DNA of 61,093 nucleotides from Candidatus Omnitrophota bacterium (lineage in GTDB: Bacteria; Omnitrophota; Gorgyraeia; Gygaellales; Profunditerraquicolaceae): assembly GCA_016867115.1 (NCBI GenBank), contig VGKG01000006.1, forward strand, positions 1-61,093, in the 5' to 3' direction; not shown here. Within the stretch, counting starts at the first letter, position 1. Below are more model-generated notes on this DNA. The model was not told the DNA's origin. It saw only the letters and a list, made by a program, of their open reading frames with translations, and ran no database searches.

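Noticed and set aside
11628-60010. Dozens of short minus-strand and frame +2 ORFs listed in the track over the giant gene
   Set aside because: These are shadow ORFs of a long coding frame, with no SD sites, motifs or paralogy. Only 34278-34529 and 34542-34988 have independent support.
56590-61093. CRISPR array, DGR template/variable repeats or assembly artefact
   Set aside because: Units are in-frame 225-237-bp coding repeats without unique spacers. Differences are not adenine-specific, no cas or reverse transcriptase gene is present, and the copies are too diverged for collapse artefacts.
1-61093. tRNA, rRNA, integrase or alternative genetic code
   Set aside because: No such signatures seen. 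Genes end in TAA, TAG and TGA normally, and the giant frame needs no recoding.

Overview
The window is dominated by a giant gene that the ORF track misses because it has no stop codon in the window. Frame +1 opens at ATG 11614 and runs to the window end, giving at least 16,493 codons. The track lists no frame +1 ORF after 11614, and I found no stop in the stretches I translated. The layout (Tad/Flp pilin-like genes upstream, N-terminal C39 peptidase, mosaic of enzyme and membrane domains) resembles the giant genes of Candidatus Omnitrophota; the taxonomy is an inference. From 5' to 3' the window holds a TadG-like gene, an exported protein, a Flp/TadE-like pilin, a 1286-aa secreted protein and a 547-aa secreted paralog of the giant protein's N-terminus. 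Next come a RAYT transposase with REP sites and two ORF6N genes (one pseudogene), then a sigma70 promoter and a c-di-GMP-I riboswitch with an overlapping terminator, then the giant gene. The giant protein carries C39, GT4, HopA1-like, transglutaminase/EDR1-like, PTS enzyme I, JAB/MPN, zincin-like, SEC-C, TolC-like and beta-barrel regions and at least 20 tandem ~76-aa acidic repeats. The four strongest observations are: (1) a double-glycine-type leader directly after the C39 domain whose predicted cut exposes the same GKYST N-terminus that signal peptidase would expose in the paralog; (2) two paralogous small genes with strong SD sites nested in another frame inside the giant ORF; (3) recurring RAPP/RGPP ribosome-arrest-like motifs; (4) REP-like palindromes inserted in frame, one with a provable empty site. 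All domain calls are by-eye motif recognition, not database hits.
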